Part shown: in pieces, positions 1-11,432 of the stretch
How positions within the stretch are numbered: the first letter of the stretch is position 1
How the letters are laid out: every line of letters starts with the position of its first letter
Source: an uncultured Actinomycetes bacterium
GTDB taxonomy: Bacteria > SZUA-79 > Acidulodesulfobacterales > Acidulodesulfobacteraceae
DNA length: 64,000 nucleotides
Direction: 5' to 3'
Assembly: GCA_964631685.1 (NCBI GenBank)
Contig: CAZVZU010000002.1
Coordinates: forward strand, 64,001 to 128,000
Made by a program: the position numbers and the translations under genes
The notes under the pieces: generated by a model
Databases searched by the model: none
Seen by the model: the letters and a program-made list of their open reading frames with translations, nothing else
What the model was told of the DNA's origin: nothing

Positions 1-982
1 TTTCGTCATCAAATTGCATTCCAAAATCTAAACCCATGGTGGATAAAACCTCTTTTATCTCATTAAGAGATTTTCTGCCGAAATTTTTCGTCCTAAGCAT
101 TTCTCCTTCAGTTTTACAAGCCAGCTCATGAATTGTTTTTATGTTTGCATTTTTAAGACAATTTGCGGATCTAACCGAAAGTTCAAGCTCTTCAACATTT
201 CTATCAAGGTTCTCATTTAACTTAGTTTCTTCTGTATCATCATTATCCGCTTTAGGCTTCTTTTCTGTTATCTGTTCCATCTCTTCGAACCCGGCAAATA
301 TTGAAATCTGCTCTTTTAAAATTGAAGCGGCTTCATTAAGGGCGTTTTCCGGAGTAATAAAACCATTGCTGTATATCTCCATTATAAGCTTGTCATAGTC
401 TGTTATTCCACCTACCCTCGCATAAGATACGTCCATTGTAACTTTTTTAATTGGGGAATATGCCACGTCCAAGGTTATGGTCCCTATCGGAGCATCTTCA
501 CGCGTATTGAGCTCACTGGACACGTAGCCTCTTCCGCCTTTAACAAGCATCTCGGCCTTAAAATGACCACCCTTCGCGACTCTTAATATTTTCTTTTCTT
601 TATTCACTACCTCAACATTGTGCGATGTTTTTATATCAGAAGCATACACATCTCCCTCTCGGTCGATATCCAAATACACAAATCCAGGCTCATCGGAAGT
701 CATATTAAAATCGACGTCCTTTAAATTTAAAATAATTTCAGTTACATCTTCTACAACACCTGGAACAGAGGAAAACTCGTGCGATACCCCGTCGATCTTA
801 ACCTCCGATATTTTATAACCAACTATCGAAGACAAAAGAACCCTTCTAAGGGAATTGCCGATAGTCACACCAAAGCCTCTTTCTAACGGCTCCACGGCTA
901 ATTTCCCATAATAGTCAGTGTACGTTTCTTTCTCAAACTCAATTTTTTTTGGCTTAATAGGTGAAAGCCAATTCATTTCCAT
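1..982 (-). CDS. rpoA: RNA polymerase alpha subunit (3' end runs off the window)
   Basis: Not in ORF track. Manual translation from ATG at 982: MEMNWLSPIKPKKIEFEK...VEPLERGFGVTIGNSLRRVLLSS...HEFS; follows rpsD. Confidence 0.97.
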   Translation of the reverse strand, partial: MEMNWLSPIKPKKIEFEKETYTDYYGKLAVEPLERGFGVTIGNSLRRVLLSSIVGYKISEVKIDGVSHEFSSVPGVVEDVTEIILNLKDVDFNMTSDEPGFVYLDIDREGDVYASDIKTSHNVEVVNKEKKILRVAKGGHFKAEMLVKGGRGYVSSELNTREDAPIGTITLDVAYSPIKKVTMDVSYARVGGITDYDKLIMEIYSNGFITPENALNEAASILKEQISIFAGFEEMEQITEKKPKADNDDTEETKLNENLDRNVEELELSVRSANCLKNANIKTIHELACKTEGEMLRTKNFGRKSLNEIKEVLSTMGLDFGMQFDDE

Positions 983-1010
983 ACTGCCTCCAATATTTTT
1001 TATTAAGCAC

Positions 1011-1637
1011 TTATTTTGAATAAAGCTCAACTATAAGTTTTTCATTCACTGTCGAATTAATCTCTCCACGCTCAGGAATAGTCTTCATGGTACCCGTATA
1101 TTTATCCTTATCTAATTCGTAGTATCCCGGACGCGTTCTTCTAACTGAAGACTCTAACGATTTGTTAATAATCGCGCACTTTTTACTCTTATCGCGCACA
1201 GTAATCTCATCACCTGGTTTCAAAACATACGAAGGTATATCAACCTTTATTTTATTAATCATAAAATGTCCATGAGCAACCAAGAGCCTGGCCAATCTCC
1301 TTGAATTTGCAAATCCAAGAGTATAAATCGCATTATCAAATCTTCTTTCCAGTAGGGATAGCAAATTCTCTCCGGTTATCCCCTTCATCTTCTCGCCCTT
1401 CCTGTATGTATTTCTGAACTGTCTCTCCATGAGTCCGTAGGTTCTTTTTAATTTCTGCTTTTCTCTTAATTGCTCTCCGTACTCTGATATTTTCCTCATA
1501 GAACCCTTATGCTCACCAGGGGCATAGTCCCTTCTGTCGTACGAACATTTATCGGAAAAGCATCTATCGCCCTTCAAGAAGAGCTTACTTTTTTCTCTTC
1601 TGCATATTTTACAAACAGCTCCGTTGTATTTTGCCAC
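1011..1637 (-). CDS. rpsD: 30S ribosomal protein S4
   Basis: CKICRRE..LFLKG, QLREKQKLK, LERRFDN; GTG start. Confidence 0.98.
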   Translation of the reverse strand: MAKYNGAVCKICRREKSKLFLKGDRCFSDKCSYDRRDYAPGEHKGSMRKISEYGEQLREKQKLKRTYGLMERQFRNTYRKGEKMKGITGENLLSLLERRFDNAIYTLGFANSRRLARLLVAHGHFMINKIKVDIPSYVLKPGDEITVRDKSKKCAIINKSLESSVRRTRPGYYELDKDKYTGTMKTIPERGEINSTVNEKLIVELYSK

Positions 1638-1690
1638 CTTTCACCTCATAAATTTTACGATATCACTAAAATAAACAACAAAAATAATCA

Positions 1691-2089
1691 CTACACTCTT
1701 CTTCTCTTCGAAGGCCTACAACCATTATGCGGTATTGGCGTAACATCTTTTATCATCGTAATATTGAGCCCTGAACTTTGAAGCGCTCTAATTGCCGACT
1801 CTCTGCCGCCCCCGGGTCCCTTAATGTACACTTCTATGTTGGTAACCCCATAATCCGCTGCTACTTTTTTAGCTAAATGTCCGGCGGCAACCTGTCCAGC
1901 ATAAGGGGTACTTTTCCTTGAACCCTTAAATCCACTTGTCCCCGCACTTGACCATGCAAGAACATTTCCGCTCAAATCTGTTATGCAAATAATAGTATTG
2001 TTAAATGTCGATTTTACATGGGCAATTGCATTCTGGATATGTTTTTTTTCTTTTTTCTTTTTAACTATCTTTTTTTTCATATGAGCCAT
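1691..2089 (-). CDS. rpsK: 30S ribosomal protein S11
   Basis: [31 protein letters not shown]. Confidence 0.98.
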   Translation of the reverse strand: MAHMKKKIVKKKKEKKHIQNAIAHVKSTFNNTIICITDLSGNVLAWSSAGTSGFKGSRKSTPYAGQVAAGHLAKKVAADYGVTNIEVYIKGPGGGRESAIRALQSSGLNITMIKDVTPIPHNGCRPSKRRRV

Positions 2090-2170
2090 CTATATACCCC
2101 TTAAAAATAAAACCATTATATATCCGTCTTTCGTGTTTAGAAAGCGAAAATCTATTTACTTTTCAAGAAA

Positions 2171-2539
2171 CTATTTTCTTCCTGAAGCAGCAGACCTCCT
2201 AGGACCTTTCCTTGTCCTAGCATTAGTCTTTGTTCTCTGTCCTCTTACAGGCAATCCTCTTTTATGTCTATAACCCCTGTAAGACCCGATATCTATGAGC
2301 CTTTTTATGTTCATTTGAACATCTCTTTTTAAATCGCCCTCTACCTTATACTCGCCATCAATGACGTGTCTTATTAAGTTTATTTGCACATCATCCAAAT
2401 CTTTCACTTTTATATCCGAATCAATATCAGCTTTTTCTAAAATTCTCCTTGACAGCGACCTTCCTATACCAAAAATATAGGTCAAGGCTATCTCTATCCT
2501 TTTATCTTTCGGTAGATCGACTCCGGTAATTCTGGCCAT
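2171..2539 (-). CDS. rpsM: 30S ribosomal protein S13
   Basis: [28 protein letters not shown]. Confidence 0.98.
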   Translation of the reverse strand: MARITGVDLPKDKRIEIALTYIFGIGRSLSRRILEKADIDSDIKVKDLDDVQINLIRHVIDGEYKVEGDLKRDVQMNIKRLIDIGSYRGYRHKRGLPVRGQRTKTNARTRKGPRRSAASGRK

Positions 2540-2551
2540 TACTCCTCCTTA

Positions 2552-2665
2552 TTAACCTTGACGTTGTTTATGCTTAGGATTTTCACAAATTACTCTTACA
2601 ACGCCCTTTCTCTTGATAACCTTACATTTATCACATATCTTTTTAACGGATGCTCTCACTTTCAA
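2552..2665 (-). CDS. rpmJ: 50S ribosomal protein L36 (Zn-binding form)
   Basis: (M)[13 protein letters not shown]...[11 protein letters not shown]; start revised to TTG at 2665 after an AAGGAG SD. Confidence 0.97.
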   Translation of the reverse strand: MKVRASVKKICDKCKVIKRKGVVRVICENPKHKQRQG

Positions 2666-2705
2666 CTTTAAACTCCTTAATAATTTGTTTTTACTTTTAT
2701 ATCGC

Positions 2706-2927
2706 CTATTTGCTTCTAAATGTAATTCGCCCACGAGTTAAATCATAAGGGGAAAGCTGCACGGTTACTCTATCTCCCGAAAGAATCTTTATATAATGCA
2801 TACGCATCTTCCCTGATATGTGAGCCAAAACTTTATGGCCGTTTTCCAATTCAACCCTAAACATTGCATTGGGTAAAGGTTCTGTAACCGTTCCTTCGAC
2901 CTCAATCAAATCTTCTTTTTTAGCCAT
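2706..2927 (-). CDS. infA: Translation initiation factor IF-1
   Basis: [30 protein letters not shown]. Confidence 0.98.
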   Translation of the reverse strand: MAKKEDLIEVEGTVTEPLPNAMFRVELENGHKVLAHISGKMRMHYIKILSGDRVTVQLSPYDLTRGRITFRSK

Positions 2928-2937
2928 ATTGCTTTCC

Positions 2938-3678
2938 TTATGTCAATATTTTAGGACCGTCCTTAGTTATAGCAACCGTATGCTCAAAATGTGCCGATAA
3001 CCCTCTATCTTTAGTAACGACAGTCCATCCATTTTGTTTAATTTTCACTTTACAATCAAGCTCATTTACCATAGGCTCAATCGCTATAACCAACCCTTCC
3101 TGTAACAACACATCATTACTTTTAACATAATAATTTGGAACCTGCGGATCTTCATGAAGCTTAAAACCAACCCCATGCCCAACAAAATCTCTCACGACAG
3201 AAAAATGATTTTCAACAACATGTTCCTCTATAGCTCTAGAAATATCATTAAGTCTATGTCCAGGCATCGCCATAAATATACCGAGATTTAACGCCTCTTT
3301 GGTAACATTCATAAGTCTTGATGCAACATCAGAAACATCTCCAACCTTAACAGTAATTGCAGCATCTGCATAATAACGCTTGTAGTACGCCCCAAAATCG
3401 ATGCTGACGATATCGCCATTCTTAAGCCTTCTTTTTGAAGGAAAACCGTGAACAACCTCTTCATTAACAGAAACACACACCGAATATGGAAAACCGTGAT
3501 ACCCCTTAAATGCCGGAACGGCATTCATTGAAGATGTAATCTGTTCGGAAACATTGTCATATTCCAATGTTGGAAGTCCAGACTCTGTAATTTCAGAAAG
3601 AGTATTTAAGACTTTTCTAACAATTCGTCCTGCTTCATTTATCTCTTCAATATCAATCTCGTTTTTAAGGCTTATCAT
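2938..3678 (-). CDS. map: Methionine aminopeptidase type I
   Basis: [35 protein letters not shown]. Confidence 0.97.
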   Translation of the reverse strand: MISLKNEIDIEEINEAGRIVRKVLNTLSEITESGLPTLEYDNVSEQITSSMNAVPAFKGYHGFPYSVCVSVNEEVVHGFPSKRRLKNGDIVSIDFGAYYKRYYADAAITVKVGDVSDVASRLMNVTKEALNLGIFMAMPGHRLNDISRAIEEHVVENHFSVVRDFVGHGVGFKLHEDPQVPNYYVKSNDVLLQEGLVIAIEPMVNELDCKVKIKQNGWTVVTKDRGLSAHFEHTVAITKDGPKILT

Positions 3679-3681
3679 TTC

Positions 3682-4329
3682 CTAAATATTAGCAACAATA
3701 TCAGCCTCAACCTCTTTAGGTGTTTTTCCTCCGTCAATTTTAACTATTTTACCGTTTTTTTCAAAATAATCAACTAACGGCTGGGTTAACTCGTGATAAA
3801 CATTAAGTCTTTTTGTAATTACATCAATATTATCGTCGTCCCTAACAATCAGCGAAACATTGCAATCGTCACATATTTCACCATTTTTAGGCTTGTTGTA
3901 TTTCATATGATATACGCCTTTGCACTTAGGACATACCCTTCTATTCGTTAGTCTTTCAAAAATAGATTCATCCTTAACATCTATATATATAACCTTATCC
4001 ACGCCCAGATCAAACTCTTTCAACATCTCATTTAAAAGTGTATTCTGAGATAAATCCCTTGGAAATCCATCAAACAGGAATCCGTTTTTATCTATATTCT
4101 GCTTTATATTAGCCTTTATCATGCGAGCAACTAAATCTGTTGGGACAAGTTCTCCTTTATCCATGTAAGACTTTGCCGTATTCCCCAGCTCTGTCTTTTT
4201 CTCAACATTTTCTCTTAAAAGATCTCCGGTAGAAATAAGAATAAAACCCTTCAAGTTTGCAATATTCTTAGCTTGGGTTCCCTTTCCCGCACCGGGAGGA
4301 CCAATTAAAATAAAAACTTTGCTCTTCAT
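3682..4329 (-). CDS. adk: Adenylate kinase (Zn-type LID: CPKC...CDDC)
   Basis: GPPGAGKGTQA, STGDLLR, DGFPR. Confidence 0.98.
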   Translation of the reverse strand: MKSKVFILIGPPGAGKGTQAKNIANLKGFILISTGDLLRENVEKKTELGNTAKSYMDKGELVPTDLVARMIKANIKQNIDKNGFLFDGFPRDLSQNTLLNEMLKEFDLGVDKVIYIDVKDESIFERLTNRRVCPKCKGVYHMKYNKPKNGEICDDCNVSLIVRDDDNIDVITKRLNVYHELTQPLVDYFEKNGKIVKIDGGKTPKEVEADIVANI

Positions 4330-4355
4330 TTTTCACTCCGATTATAGATTAAAAA

Positions 4356-5660
4356 TTATTTATTCTTTGATGCTTTTTTTAGTAAAGAATCATAGTTCCG
4401 ATACAATAAATGAGACTGAATCTGAACTATTGTATCCATCGCCACGACAACTACTATCAGCAACCCTGTTCCGCCAAAATAAAACGGAACATGCAATTTG
4501 TCAATTAATATTGTCGGTAACAAACAAACTGCAGATACATACATAGCACCTATAAATGTAACCCTATTCAAAATTCTATCAATAAAACTTGCAGTAGACT
4601 TGCCTGGCTTAATGCCGGGGATATTACCACCATATTTCCGCAAATCATTCGCCACATCATCTACTTTAAAGGTAATTGCAGTATAAAAGTAACAGAAGAA
4701 GAATATTAATGCAACATACACAACGTTATAAGCAACACCGGTAGGATTTAAATAGCTTGAAACTCCCTCAAAAAAAGGCTGCTTAATAAAATTTGCGATA
4801 GTAGCCGGAAAAAGAAGTATTGACATCGCAAATATCGGCGGTATAACGCCCGGTGTATTTACCTTAATAGGCAGATAACTGCTTTTCCCAGAATATAGCT
4901 TTCTTCCAACCATTTTTTTAGCATATTGAATGGTTATCCTTCTCTGCGCTGATTCAACAAACACGATAAACCCGATAACAGCTATCATCATAGCTACAAT
5001 CAGGATTAATAACATTACATTAAGCTCTCCTGTTTGAACAATCTTGATTGTATTTATAAATGCTGCAGGTATTGCAGAAACAATTCCCGCAAATATTATA
5101 AGGGAAATACCGTTACCTATCCCATGTTCCGATATTTCCTCCCCTATCCACATAACAAAAACCGTACCAGCGGTAAGGGCAATTACGGATATAATCATAA
5201 AATTAAAACCTGGATGACCGACAACCGGTAACCCACTGGGACTTCTCATTATCTCTATACCGTAACTAATACCGATAGATTGAAAAAGTGCGAGAATAAC
5301 CGTCCCATACCTTATATACTGCGTAAACTTCTTTCTTCCCGCATCTCCACCCTCTTTTTGCAACACACCTAATGAAGGAATTACCATAGGTAGCATTTCA
5401 AATATGATAGCGGAACTTATATAAGGCATAATCCCCAAAGAAAAAATCGAGAATCTGGATAGTGCTCCACCAGTAAACATATTGAAAAGTCCAAACAGAT
5501 TACTGTTAGATGCGCTAAAAAATTGTGTTAATGCAACGGCATTAACACCAGGTGTAGTTATGTACACACCAATCCTAAACACTACAAACATCAAGAGCGT
5601 GTATAAAATACGCTTTCTCAATTCCGGAATTTTTCCTAAATTTTCAAAACTTTGCGCCAT
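4356..5660 (-). CDS. secY: Preprotein translocase subunit SecY
   Basis: SLGIMPYIS, GIGNGISLIIF, IPGIKPG, FGGTGLLIVV. Confidence 0.98.
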   Translation of the reverse strand: MAQSFENLGKIPELRKRILYTLLMFVVFRIGVYITTPGVNAVALTQFFSASNSNLFGLFNMFTGGALSRFSIFSLGIMPYISSAIIFEMLPMVIPSLGVLQKEGGDAGRKKFTQYIRYGTVILALFQSIGISYGIEIMRSPSGLPVVGHPGFNFMIISVIALTAGTVFVMWIGEEISEHGIGNGISLIIFAGIVSAIPAAFINTIKIVQTGELNVMLLILIVAMMIAVIGFIVFVESAQRRITIQYAKKMVGRKLYSGKSSYLPIKVNTPGVIPPIFAMSILLFPATIANFIKQPFFEGVSSYLNPTGVAYNVVYVALIFFFCYFYTAITFKVDDVANDLRKYGGNIPGIKPGKSTASFIDRILNRVTFIGAMYVSAVCLLPTILIDKLHVPFYFGGTGLLIVVVVAMDTIVQIQSHLLYRNYDSLLKKASKNK

Positions 5661-6094
5661 TATATTATTTTTACGATCCCTCCGTTACCTTCTATCTTTT
5701 CTCTTGCACTCTTTGAAATCTTATTGCAAACCACATTTAGTTTTAGTTTAAATTCTCCACTTCCTAATATTTTAAACTTTTTTTCTTTATTCTTAAGAAT
5801 ATTGTTCTGCTTCAATACATCAATATTGATTTCTTTATCTTCCATTTTCGCTAGGGTATCAAGATTAATAATTGCATATTGTTCCCTTGTTGGATTATTA
5901 AATCCCCTTTTAGGAACTCTTCTAATAAAAGGCATCTGTCCGCCTTCGAACCCAGGCCTCACGCCTCCGCCCGCTCTCGCATTCTGACCCTTGTTACCCC
6001 TTCCGGATGTTTGTCCATGTCCTGAACCGGAACCTCTACCTATCCGTTTCCTTTTTCTATTATTATGTTTCTCAAATCCGCTTAAACTTATCAT
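5660..6094 (-). CDS. rplO: 50S ribosomal protein L15
   Basis: GRGSGSGHG, GFEGGQMP, PKRGF. Confidence 0.98.
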   Translation of the reverse strand: MISLSGFEKHNNRKRKRIGRGSGSGHGQTSGRGNKGQNARAGGGVRPGFEGGQMPFIRRVPKRGFNNPTREQYAIINLDTLAKMEDKEINIDVLKQNNILKNKEKKFKILGSGEFKLKLNVVCNKISKSAREKIEGNGGIVKII

Positions 6095-6114
6095 TTGTTT
6101 ATAGCCCTCTATTG

Positions 6115-6609
6115 TTACGATAATGATTTATTTTTTCTTCTTTTGAGTAGCTCGCCTTTGAAATAAAATGAAGATATGCATTTTAATGTAGCATTAGCAA
6201 CATTGTGTGGATTTGACGAACCAATAGACTTTGCATAAACATTTTTGATGCCGGAAAGCTCAAATATAGCCCTCATCGCGCCCCCTGCTATTATGCCCGT
6301 ACCTTCAGGAGCCGGTTTCATAAACACGTACCCAGCGCCATCCTTACCATACTGCTCATGAGGAATAGTATTTTTATGAACCTTGACCCTTATCATATTC
6401 TTTTTAGCCCTTTCAGTACCCTTCCTTATTGCCTCCGGTACCTCTTTCGCTTTACCAAGCCCTACACCGACAAAATTAGCATCGGGATCACCCACTACAA
6501 CTAGCGCGGAAAATCCAAACCTTCTGCCCCCCTTAACAACCTTGGCTACTCTGGAAACATGGATAACTTTATCCTGAATATTTAAATCATCGACATCTAT
6601 TTTTTGCAA
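6115..6609 (-). CDS. rpsE: 30S ribosomal protein S5
   Basis: [33 protein letters not shown] start. Confidence 0.98.
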   Translation of the reverse strand: MQKIDVDDLNIQDKVIHVSRVAKVVKGGRRFGFSALVVVGDPDANFVGVGLGKAKEVPEAIRKGTERAKKNMIRVKVHKNTIPHEQYGKDGAGYVFMKPAPEGTGIIAGGAMRAIFELSGIKNVYAKSIGSSNPHNVANATLKCISSFYFKGELLKRRKNKSLS

Positions 6610-6618
6610 ATCACCCTC

Positions 6619-6975
6619 CTAAAAATTTAAACCGTTTTCTCTTGCGGCGCTAGCTAGAGCCGCAACCCTTCCATGATAAACATAGCCGTTTCTATCAAAT
6701 GCAACCTCGGTTATTGATTTCTGTAGACACAACTCAGCTATCTTAGCTCCCACAATTTTAGCAGCATCAACATTGCCTGCATGACCCTTTATCTCAGTCC
6801 TTAGCTCTTTTGAAAGCGACGATGCCTGTGCAAGAACCTCATTTTTGGGCGAAAAAACCTGCGCGTATACATTATTTAAACTCTTAAAAACGCATAATCT
6901 TGGTTTAACGCTATTCTTTAGAACCTTTTTAATATGCGCCTTTCTACGGAATCTCTGTTTAATTTTATTTCCCAT
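6619..6975 (-). CDS. rplR: 50S ribosomal protein L18
   Basis: [20 protein letters not shown]. Confidence 0.97.
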   Translation of the reverse strand: MGNKIKQRFRRKAHIKKVLKNSVKPRLCVFKSLNNVYAQVFSPKNEVLAQASSLSKELRTEIKGHAGNVDAAKIVGAKIAELCLQKSITEVAFDRNGYVYHGRVAALASAARENGLNF

Positions 6976-7001
6976 GAAATATCCCTTGTTTTTATATTTG
7001 T

Positions 7002-7541
7002 TTATTTTCCTGAAGCCTTACCGACCTTTCTTTTTATAACTTCATTCGAATATTTGATACCCTTTCCCTTATAAGGCTCGGGCTTCCTTAATCCTCTAAT
7101 CCTTGAAGCAACAAATCCCACAAGCTCTTTATCAAAACCGGACACCTTCAGTAAAGTATTCTTTTCAACCTTAATCCCAATACCTTCTGGAATAGCAAAA
7201 TTAATTGGATGCGAGTAACCTAGGTTTAGCAACAAGTTCTTACCTTTTACCTCGGCCTTATATCCAACCCCTATTATCTCTAAGTCTTTAGCGAAACCAT
7301 CAACAACTCCAGTGACTGAATTTGCTATGATTGTTCTCGAAAGCCCTGTATATTTTTCAAAAGCGCTGTTACCGTCTTTTAAACCTACAGATAGGGTTGA
7401 ACCATCAATTTTCACTGTCACGCCCTCAGGCAGAACTTTTTTTAATTTCCCCAAAGGACCGGCACATATAAATAAATTATCCTTTATGTCTACCGTGACA
7501 TTTTTAGGAATCTCTACAGCCTTTTTACCTATTCTGGACAT
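7002..7541 (-). CDS. rplF: 50S ribosomal protein L6
   Basis: [21 protein letters not shown]. Confidence 0.98.
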   Translation of the reverse strand: MSRIGKKAVEIPKNVTVDIKDNLFICAGPLGKLKKVLPEGVTVKIDGSTLSVGLKDGNSAFEKYTGLSRTIIANSVTGVVDGFAKDLEIIGVGYKAEVKGKNLLLNLGYSHPINFAIPEGIGIKVEKNTLLKVSGFDKELVGFVASRIRGLRKPEPYKGKGIKYSNEVIKRKVGKASGK

Positions 7542-7579
7542 TTTATCTATACCCTTATTTAATTTTTTATATTCTTATA

Positions 7580-7978
7580 CTAAAAAACCTTCAATAGCGA
7601 CAATCCGCCAACATTTTTTTCTCTACACTCAACATCTGACAAAATCCCAACAGAAGTCGAAAATAGCTCCATGCCTAATCCGCTTTTGTACAACTTAATC
7701 TGCTTTACATTTTTATAAAACCTTAACCCGGGAGTACTTGTCGTCTTAATATCTATTATGGTCGGCTTCTCGCCTTCAAAATAGCTTAACCTTATTTTTA
7801 TATTTTTAAAAACGGTATTAACGATAGATTCTGTTTCATAGTCATCAATAAAACCTTCTCTTTTAAGAACCGCACATATATTCTCCTTTAAATTAGAGTG
7901 AGGCATGGCAACGGTCACTTTGCCTGCCTTATATGCATTTTTTATCCTTACAACCATATCAGATATTGGATATGTCAT
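7580..7978 (-). CDS. rpsH: 30S ribosomal protein S8
   Basis: ISDMVVRIKNA, LKREGFI, STPGLRFY; position in spc operon. Confidence 0.96.
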   Translation of the reverse strand: MTYPISDMVVRIKNAYKAGKVTVAMPHSNLKENICAVLKREGFIDDYETESIVNTVFKNIKIRLSYFEGEKPTIIDIKTTSTPGLRFYKNVKQIKLYKSGLGMELFSTSVGILSDVECREKNVGGLSLLKVF

Positions 7979-8035
7979 ATTTTATTTATCCTCATTAAAT
8001 ACAATTAAAATAGAATAGATTAGAGCGAACTTCAG

Positions 8036-8221
8036 TTACCAACTGGATTTTGTAACTCCGGGTATAAGCCCATTGTTCGATAATGTTCTAAAACAGATTC
8101 TGCACATATCAAACTTCCGATAATACCCTCTGGGCCTTCCGCATATTGGACATCTATTGTATGCGCGAACCTTAAACTTAGGTTTTCTAGACGCCTTTAT
8201 AATCATAGACTTTTTTGCCAT
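8036..8221 (-). CDS. rpsN: 30S ribosomal protein S14 (short Zn-binding type)
   Basis: [24 protein letters not shown]. Confidence 0.97.
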   Translation of the reverse strand: MAKKSMIIKASRKPKFKVRAYNRCPICGRPRGYYRKFDMCRICFRTLSNNGLIPGVTKSSW

Positions 8222-8233
8222 ATACCATGTCTC

Positions 8234-8776
8234 CTAATTTCTGAAAGGAAAATTAAACCCTTTTAAAAGCTTATATCCATCATCATTATTTTTTGCAGTT
8301 GTTACTATAGTTACATTCATTCCCTTAATCTTTTCAATTAGTTCATAGCTTATTTCGGGAAATATCACCTGCTCCTTAACCCCAAACGTATAGTTACCGA
8401 ATCCGTCAAAAGATCTTTTTGACATGCCCTTAAAATCTCTAACTCTTGGAAGTGAAATATTTATAAGCTTATCGAAAAAGTCATACATCCTTTCCTGCCT
8501 TAGCGTGACAAAACATCCAATCTCCTGATTCTCTCTTAGCTTGAAAGCTGCGATAGACTTTTTGGCCTTTGCAACAACAGGCTTTTGACCCGATATTTTA
8601 GCAAGTTCAGACATAGATTGCTCAATAATTTTGGAATTCGATGTTGCTTCTCCTAGACCCATATTTATAACAATTTTGGACAACTTAGGTATTTGATGTA
8701 CATTCTTATACCCAGTCTCCTTGATTAATTTGGGAATAACATCACTTTTATAATAATCTTTATATCTCGAACCCAC
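8234..8776 (-). CDS. rplE: 50S ribosomal protein L5
   Basis: KIVINMGLG, PRVRDFKG, FDGFGNY; start revised to GTG at 8776 after a GGAGG SD. Confidence 0.97.
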   Translation of the reverse strand: MGSRYKDYYKSDVIPKLIKETGYKNVHQIPKLSKIVINMGLGEATSNSKIIEQSMSELAKISGQKPVVAKAKKSIAAFKLRENQEIGCFVTLRQERMYDFFDKLINISLPRVRDFKGMSKRSFDGFGNYTFGVKEQVIFPEISYELIEKIKGMNVTIVTTAKNNDDGYKLLKGFNFPFRN

Positions 8777-8792
8777 TTTAAATCCTCCAGAA

Positions 8793-9113
8793 TTAAACTT
8801 CAGAACCGCACTTCTTGCAAATTCTAATCTTCTTTTTATCGTTATTTTCATCAACTTTCAAGGAAAACCTGACAGCCTTTTTACATTTAGAACAATAAAG
8901 CCCCACATTGGAGATATTAATACTCGCTTCCTTGTCTATTATGCCGCCCGGCTCTTGAGAGCTTCTAGGCTTCATGTGCCTCTTAATCATATTGATCTTT
9001 TCGACGTAAACCCTATTAGTAATCTTATTAATGCGAATAATCTTACCGATTTTATTTTTTTCTTTTCCTGCCAAAACCATTACATTATCATTCTTTTTTA
9101 ATCGTATAGTCAT
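8793..9113 (-). CDS. rplX: 50S ribosomal protein L24
   Basis: KOW-like VMVLAGKEK, GGIIDKEASINISNV. Confidence 0.97.
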   Translation of the reverse strand: MTIRLKKNDNVMVLAGKEKNKIGKIIRINKITNRVYVEKINMIKRHMKPRSSQEPGGIIDKEASINISNVGLYCSKCKKAVRFSLKVDENNDKKKIRICKKCGSEV

Positions 9114-9114
9114 A

Positions 9115-9483
9115 TTATAAAACCTCTGGCGCTAATGAGATAATCCTCATAAATTTTTTTGCTCTTAATTCTCTTGCAACCGGCCCAAAGATACGGGTGC
9201 CTATTGGCTCATTCTGCGCGTTTATTAAAACTGCGGAATTATTATCAAACCTTATATACCCCCCATCGGAACGCTTTATTTCCTTTACGGTTCTTACAAT
9301 AACCGCTTTCACGACATCACCCTTTTTAACCTTAGAATTAGGGATCGCCTCTTTTATAGAAACGACTATTGTGTCGCCGATTCCAGCGTACCTGCGCTTT
9401 GATCCGCCTAAAACTTTAATACACATAAGCTTTTTCGCTCCCGAATTATCGGCAGACCTCAATACTGTTTGCATCTGAACCAT
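9115..9483 (-). CDS. rplN: 50S ribosomal protein L14
   Basis: [26 protein letters not shown]. Confidence 0.98.
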   Translation of the reverse strand: MVQMQTVLRSADNSGAKKLMCIKVLGGSKRRYAGIGDTIVVSIKEAIPNSKVKKGDVVKAVIVRTVKEIKRSDGGYIRFDNNSAVLINAQNEPIGTRIFGPVARELRAKKFMRIISLAPEVL

Positions 9484-9499
9484 TATTACAATCCCTCTT

Positions 9500-9754
9500 C
9501 TAATTTATCTTAACATGTTTATTATCGAGAACCTTTTTAAGATTCCATCTTTTATCCTTAGATAACGGACGTGTTTCAATGAACATAACCCTATCCCCTA
9601 CCTTTGCAATATTGTTTTCATCATGAATCTTAAATTTCTTACTCTTTTTTATATATTTCTTATACAACGGATGTTTCACAATATTAGAGACGACGGCCAC
9701 GACCGTCTTGTCCATTTTATCGGAGGTCACAAGTCCAACATAATTTCTTTTCAT
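9500..9754 (-). CDS. rpsQ: 30S ribosomal protein S17
   Basis: [21 protein letters not shown]. Confidence 0.97.
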   Translation of the reverse strand: MKRNYVGLVTSDKMDKTVVAVVSNIVKHPLYKKYIKKSKKFKIHDENNIAKVGDRVMFIETRPLSKDKRWNLKKVLDNKHVKIN

Positions 9755-9756
9755 AA

Positions 9757-9948
9757 CTACTCCCCCCCTCTCTGATTTAAGATCGTTTTTATCTGAGCAA
9801 TATATCTTCTCACTGACCTTATCCTTTTGGGGTTTTCCAAAGCACCCAAAGACTTCTGTACAGTCAGGTTAAAAATTTCTTTCTCAAAATCGGCTTTTTT
9901 AAGTAGCAATTCACTGCCATTCATTGCTTTTAGTTCGTTATATTTCAT
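9757..9948 (-). CDS. rpmC: 50S ribosomal protein L29
   Basis: [19 protein letters not shown]; between rplP and rpsQ. Confidence 0.95.
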   Translation of the reverse strand: MKYNELKAMNGSELLLKKADFEKEIFNLTVQKSLGALENPKRIRSVRRYIAQIKTILNQRGGE

Positions 9949-9951
9949 ATA

Positions 9952-10365
9952 TTAAAACTCTCCTCTTTCCGTAAACATAGTCTTAAGCGGCAATTTATAA
10001 GATGCCAATCTCATAGCCTCACGAGCAACATCCTTAGATATGCCCTCCATCTCATATAAAACTAATCCCGGCCTAACAACGCACACCCACTCCTCAACAC
10101 TACCCTTACCTTTTCCCATTCTAGTTTCTGCGGGTTTTTTAGTGATAGGTTTATCAGGAAAAATTCTTATCCAGATTTTGCCACCTCTTTTAACAAATCT
10201 TGTCATCGCAATTCTGGCAGCTTCAATCTGTCTGGACGTAATATATCCACATTCTATAGCTTTAAGCCCAAAATCTCCGAAGGCTAGAGTATTCCCTCTA
10301 GTAGCTTTTCCTTTCATCCTTCCCTTCATTTGTTTTCTATGCTTAGTTTTAGCCGGCATTAACAT
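9952..10365 (-). CDS. rplP: 50S ribosomal protein L16
   Basis: [20 protein letters not shown]. Confidence 0.98.
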   Translation of the reverse strand: MLMPAKTKHRKQMKGRMKGKATRGNTLAFGDFGLKAIECGYITSRQIEAARIAMTRFVKRGGKIWIRIFPDKPITKKPAETRMGKGKGSVEEWVCVVRPGLVLYEMEGISKDVAREAMRLASYKLPLKTMFTERGEF

Positions 10366-10428
10366 ATTTTTCGTTCCTTATTTATTATATTTATATCCTC
10401 ACATGCATTAATAAAACGAGGATTTACA

Positions 10429-11064
10429 TTAAAGAATATCTCCCTTGTATACCCATACTTTAATACCTATTTTCCCGTATGTTGTATTGGCCTCAGCCGT
10501 ACCATAATCAATGTTGGCCCTGATAGTATGCAAAGGAACCCTGCCCTCACGATACCATTCCGATCTTGCAATTTCAGCGCCGGCAAGCCTACCCGCGCAA
10601 TTTATTTTAATCCCCTTTGCACCACTTCTTAGTGCCATTGATACGCTCTTTTTCATCGCTCTTTTGAAAGCAATTCTTTTTTCTAATTGAAAAGCTATCC
10701 TTTCCGCTACCAAGGTAGAATCAATCTCGGACTTTTTAACCTCTATAACATTAATATTTATGTCCTTAATTTTAATTTTTACAAGCTTCGCTATCTCAAT
10801 CTTTAAATTTTCAAACTCGGACGCGCCCTTTTTTCCATAAACCATCCCAGGCCTTCCTGTATGTATATCTACTATTAACTTTTCAGTCTTTCTGCTAACA
10901 TAAATCTTGGATATACCTGCCTGATATAGCTTCTTTTTTAAAAACTTTCTAATCTTTAAATCCTCGTGTAAAAAAGTTGCATAGTTGCGATCGCTATACC
11001 ATATAGAACTCCATGACTGATTTATGCCTAATCTAAATCCGATTGGATTTACCTTCTGCCCCAA
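10429..11064 (-). CDS. rpsC: 30S ribosomal protein S3
   Basis: [29 protein letters not shown] start. Confidence 0.98.
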   Translation of the reverse strand: MGQKVNPIGFRLGINQSWSSIWYSDRNYATFLHEDLKIRKFLKKKLYQAGISKIYVSRKTEKLIVDIHTGRPGMVYGKKGASEFENLKIEIAKLVKIKIKDININVIEVKKSEIDSTLVAERIAFQLEKRIAFKRAMKKSVSMALRSGAKGIKINCAGRLAGAEIARSEWYREGRVPLHTIRANIDYGTAEANTTYGKIGIKVWVYKGDIL

Positions 11065-11079
11065 AATAAACCTCCAACT

Positions 11080-11412
11080 TTAAATTTCTGCAAGAACTAT
11101 TTTAATGTTACACGAACGTTTCTTAATGGTGGCCCCTCTTCCCATTGCCTTCGGCATAAGCCTCTTCAAGGAAAACGACATATCTACACTAATCTTAGAA
11201 ACAATAAGATTATCGATAGCGACCATTCCCGTAAGGGATGCATTAGCCAATGCAGACTTCAAGAGCTTATGCACAGGAGCTGAAGATTTCTTCTTTGTAA
11301 ATTTTAGTATATTGACAGCCTCATAGACCTTCTTTCCCCGGATCATATCAATCACTAGCCTAGCCTTCTGAGGAGAAACCTTAATATATTTTGCTTCAGC
11401 TTTAAACTCCAT
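11080..11412 (-). CDS. rplV: 50S ribosomal protein L22
   Basis: SPQKARLVIDMIRG, LLKSALANA. Confidence 0.97.
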   Translation of the reverse strand: MEFKAEAKYIKVSPQKARLVIDMIRGKKVYEAVNILKFTKKKSSAPVHKLLKSALANASLTGMVAIDNLIVSKISVDMSFSLKRLMPKAMGRGATIKKRSCNIKIVLAEI

Positions 11413-11432
11413 ACCTTTTAACCCCTTTATAT

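Noticed and set aside
8777..8854. N-terminal extensions of RplE, RpmJ, NrdR and RpiB implied by the ORF track
   Set aside because: Longest-ORF artefacts overlapping upstream genes; better starts with an SD or translational coupling exist downstream.
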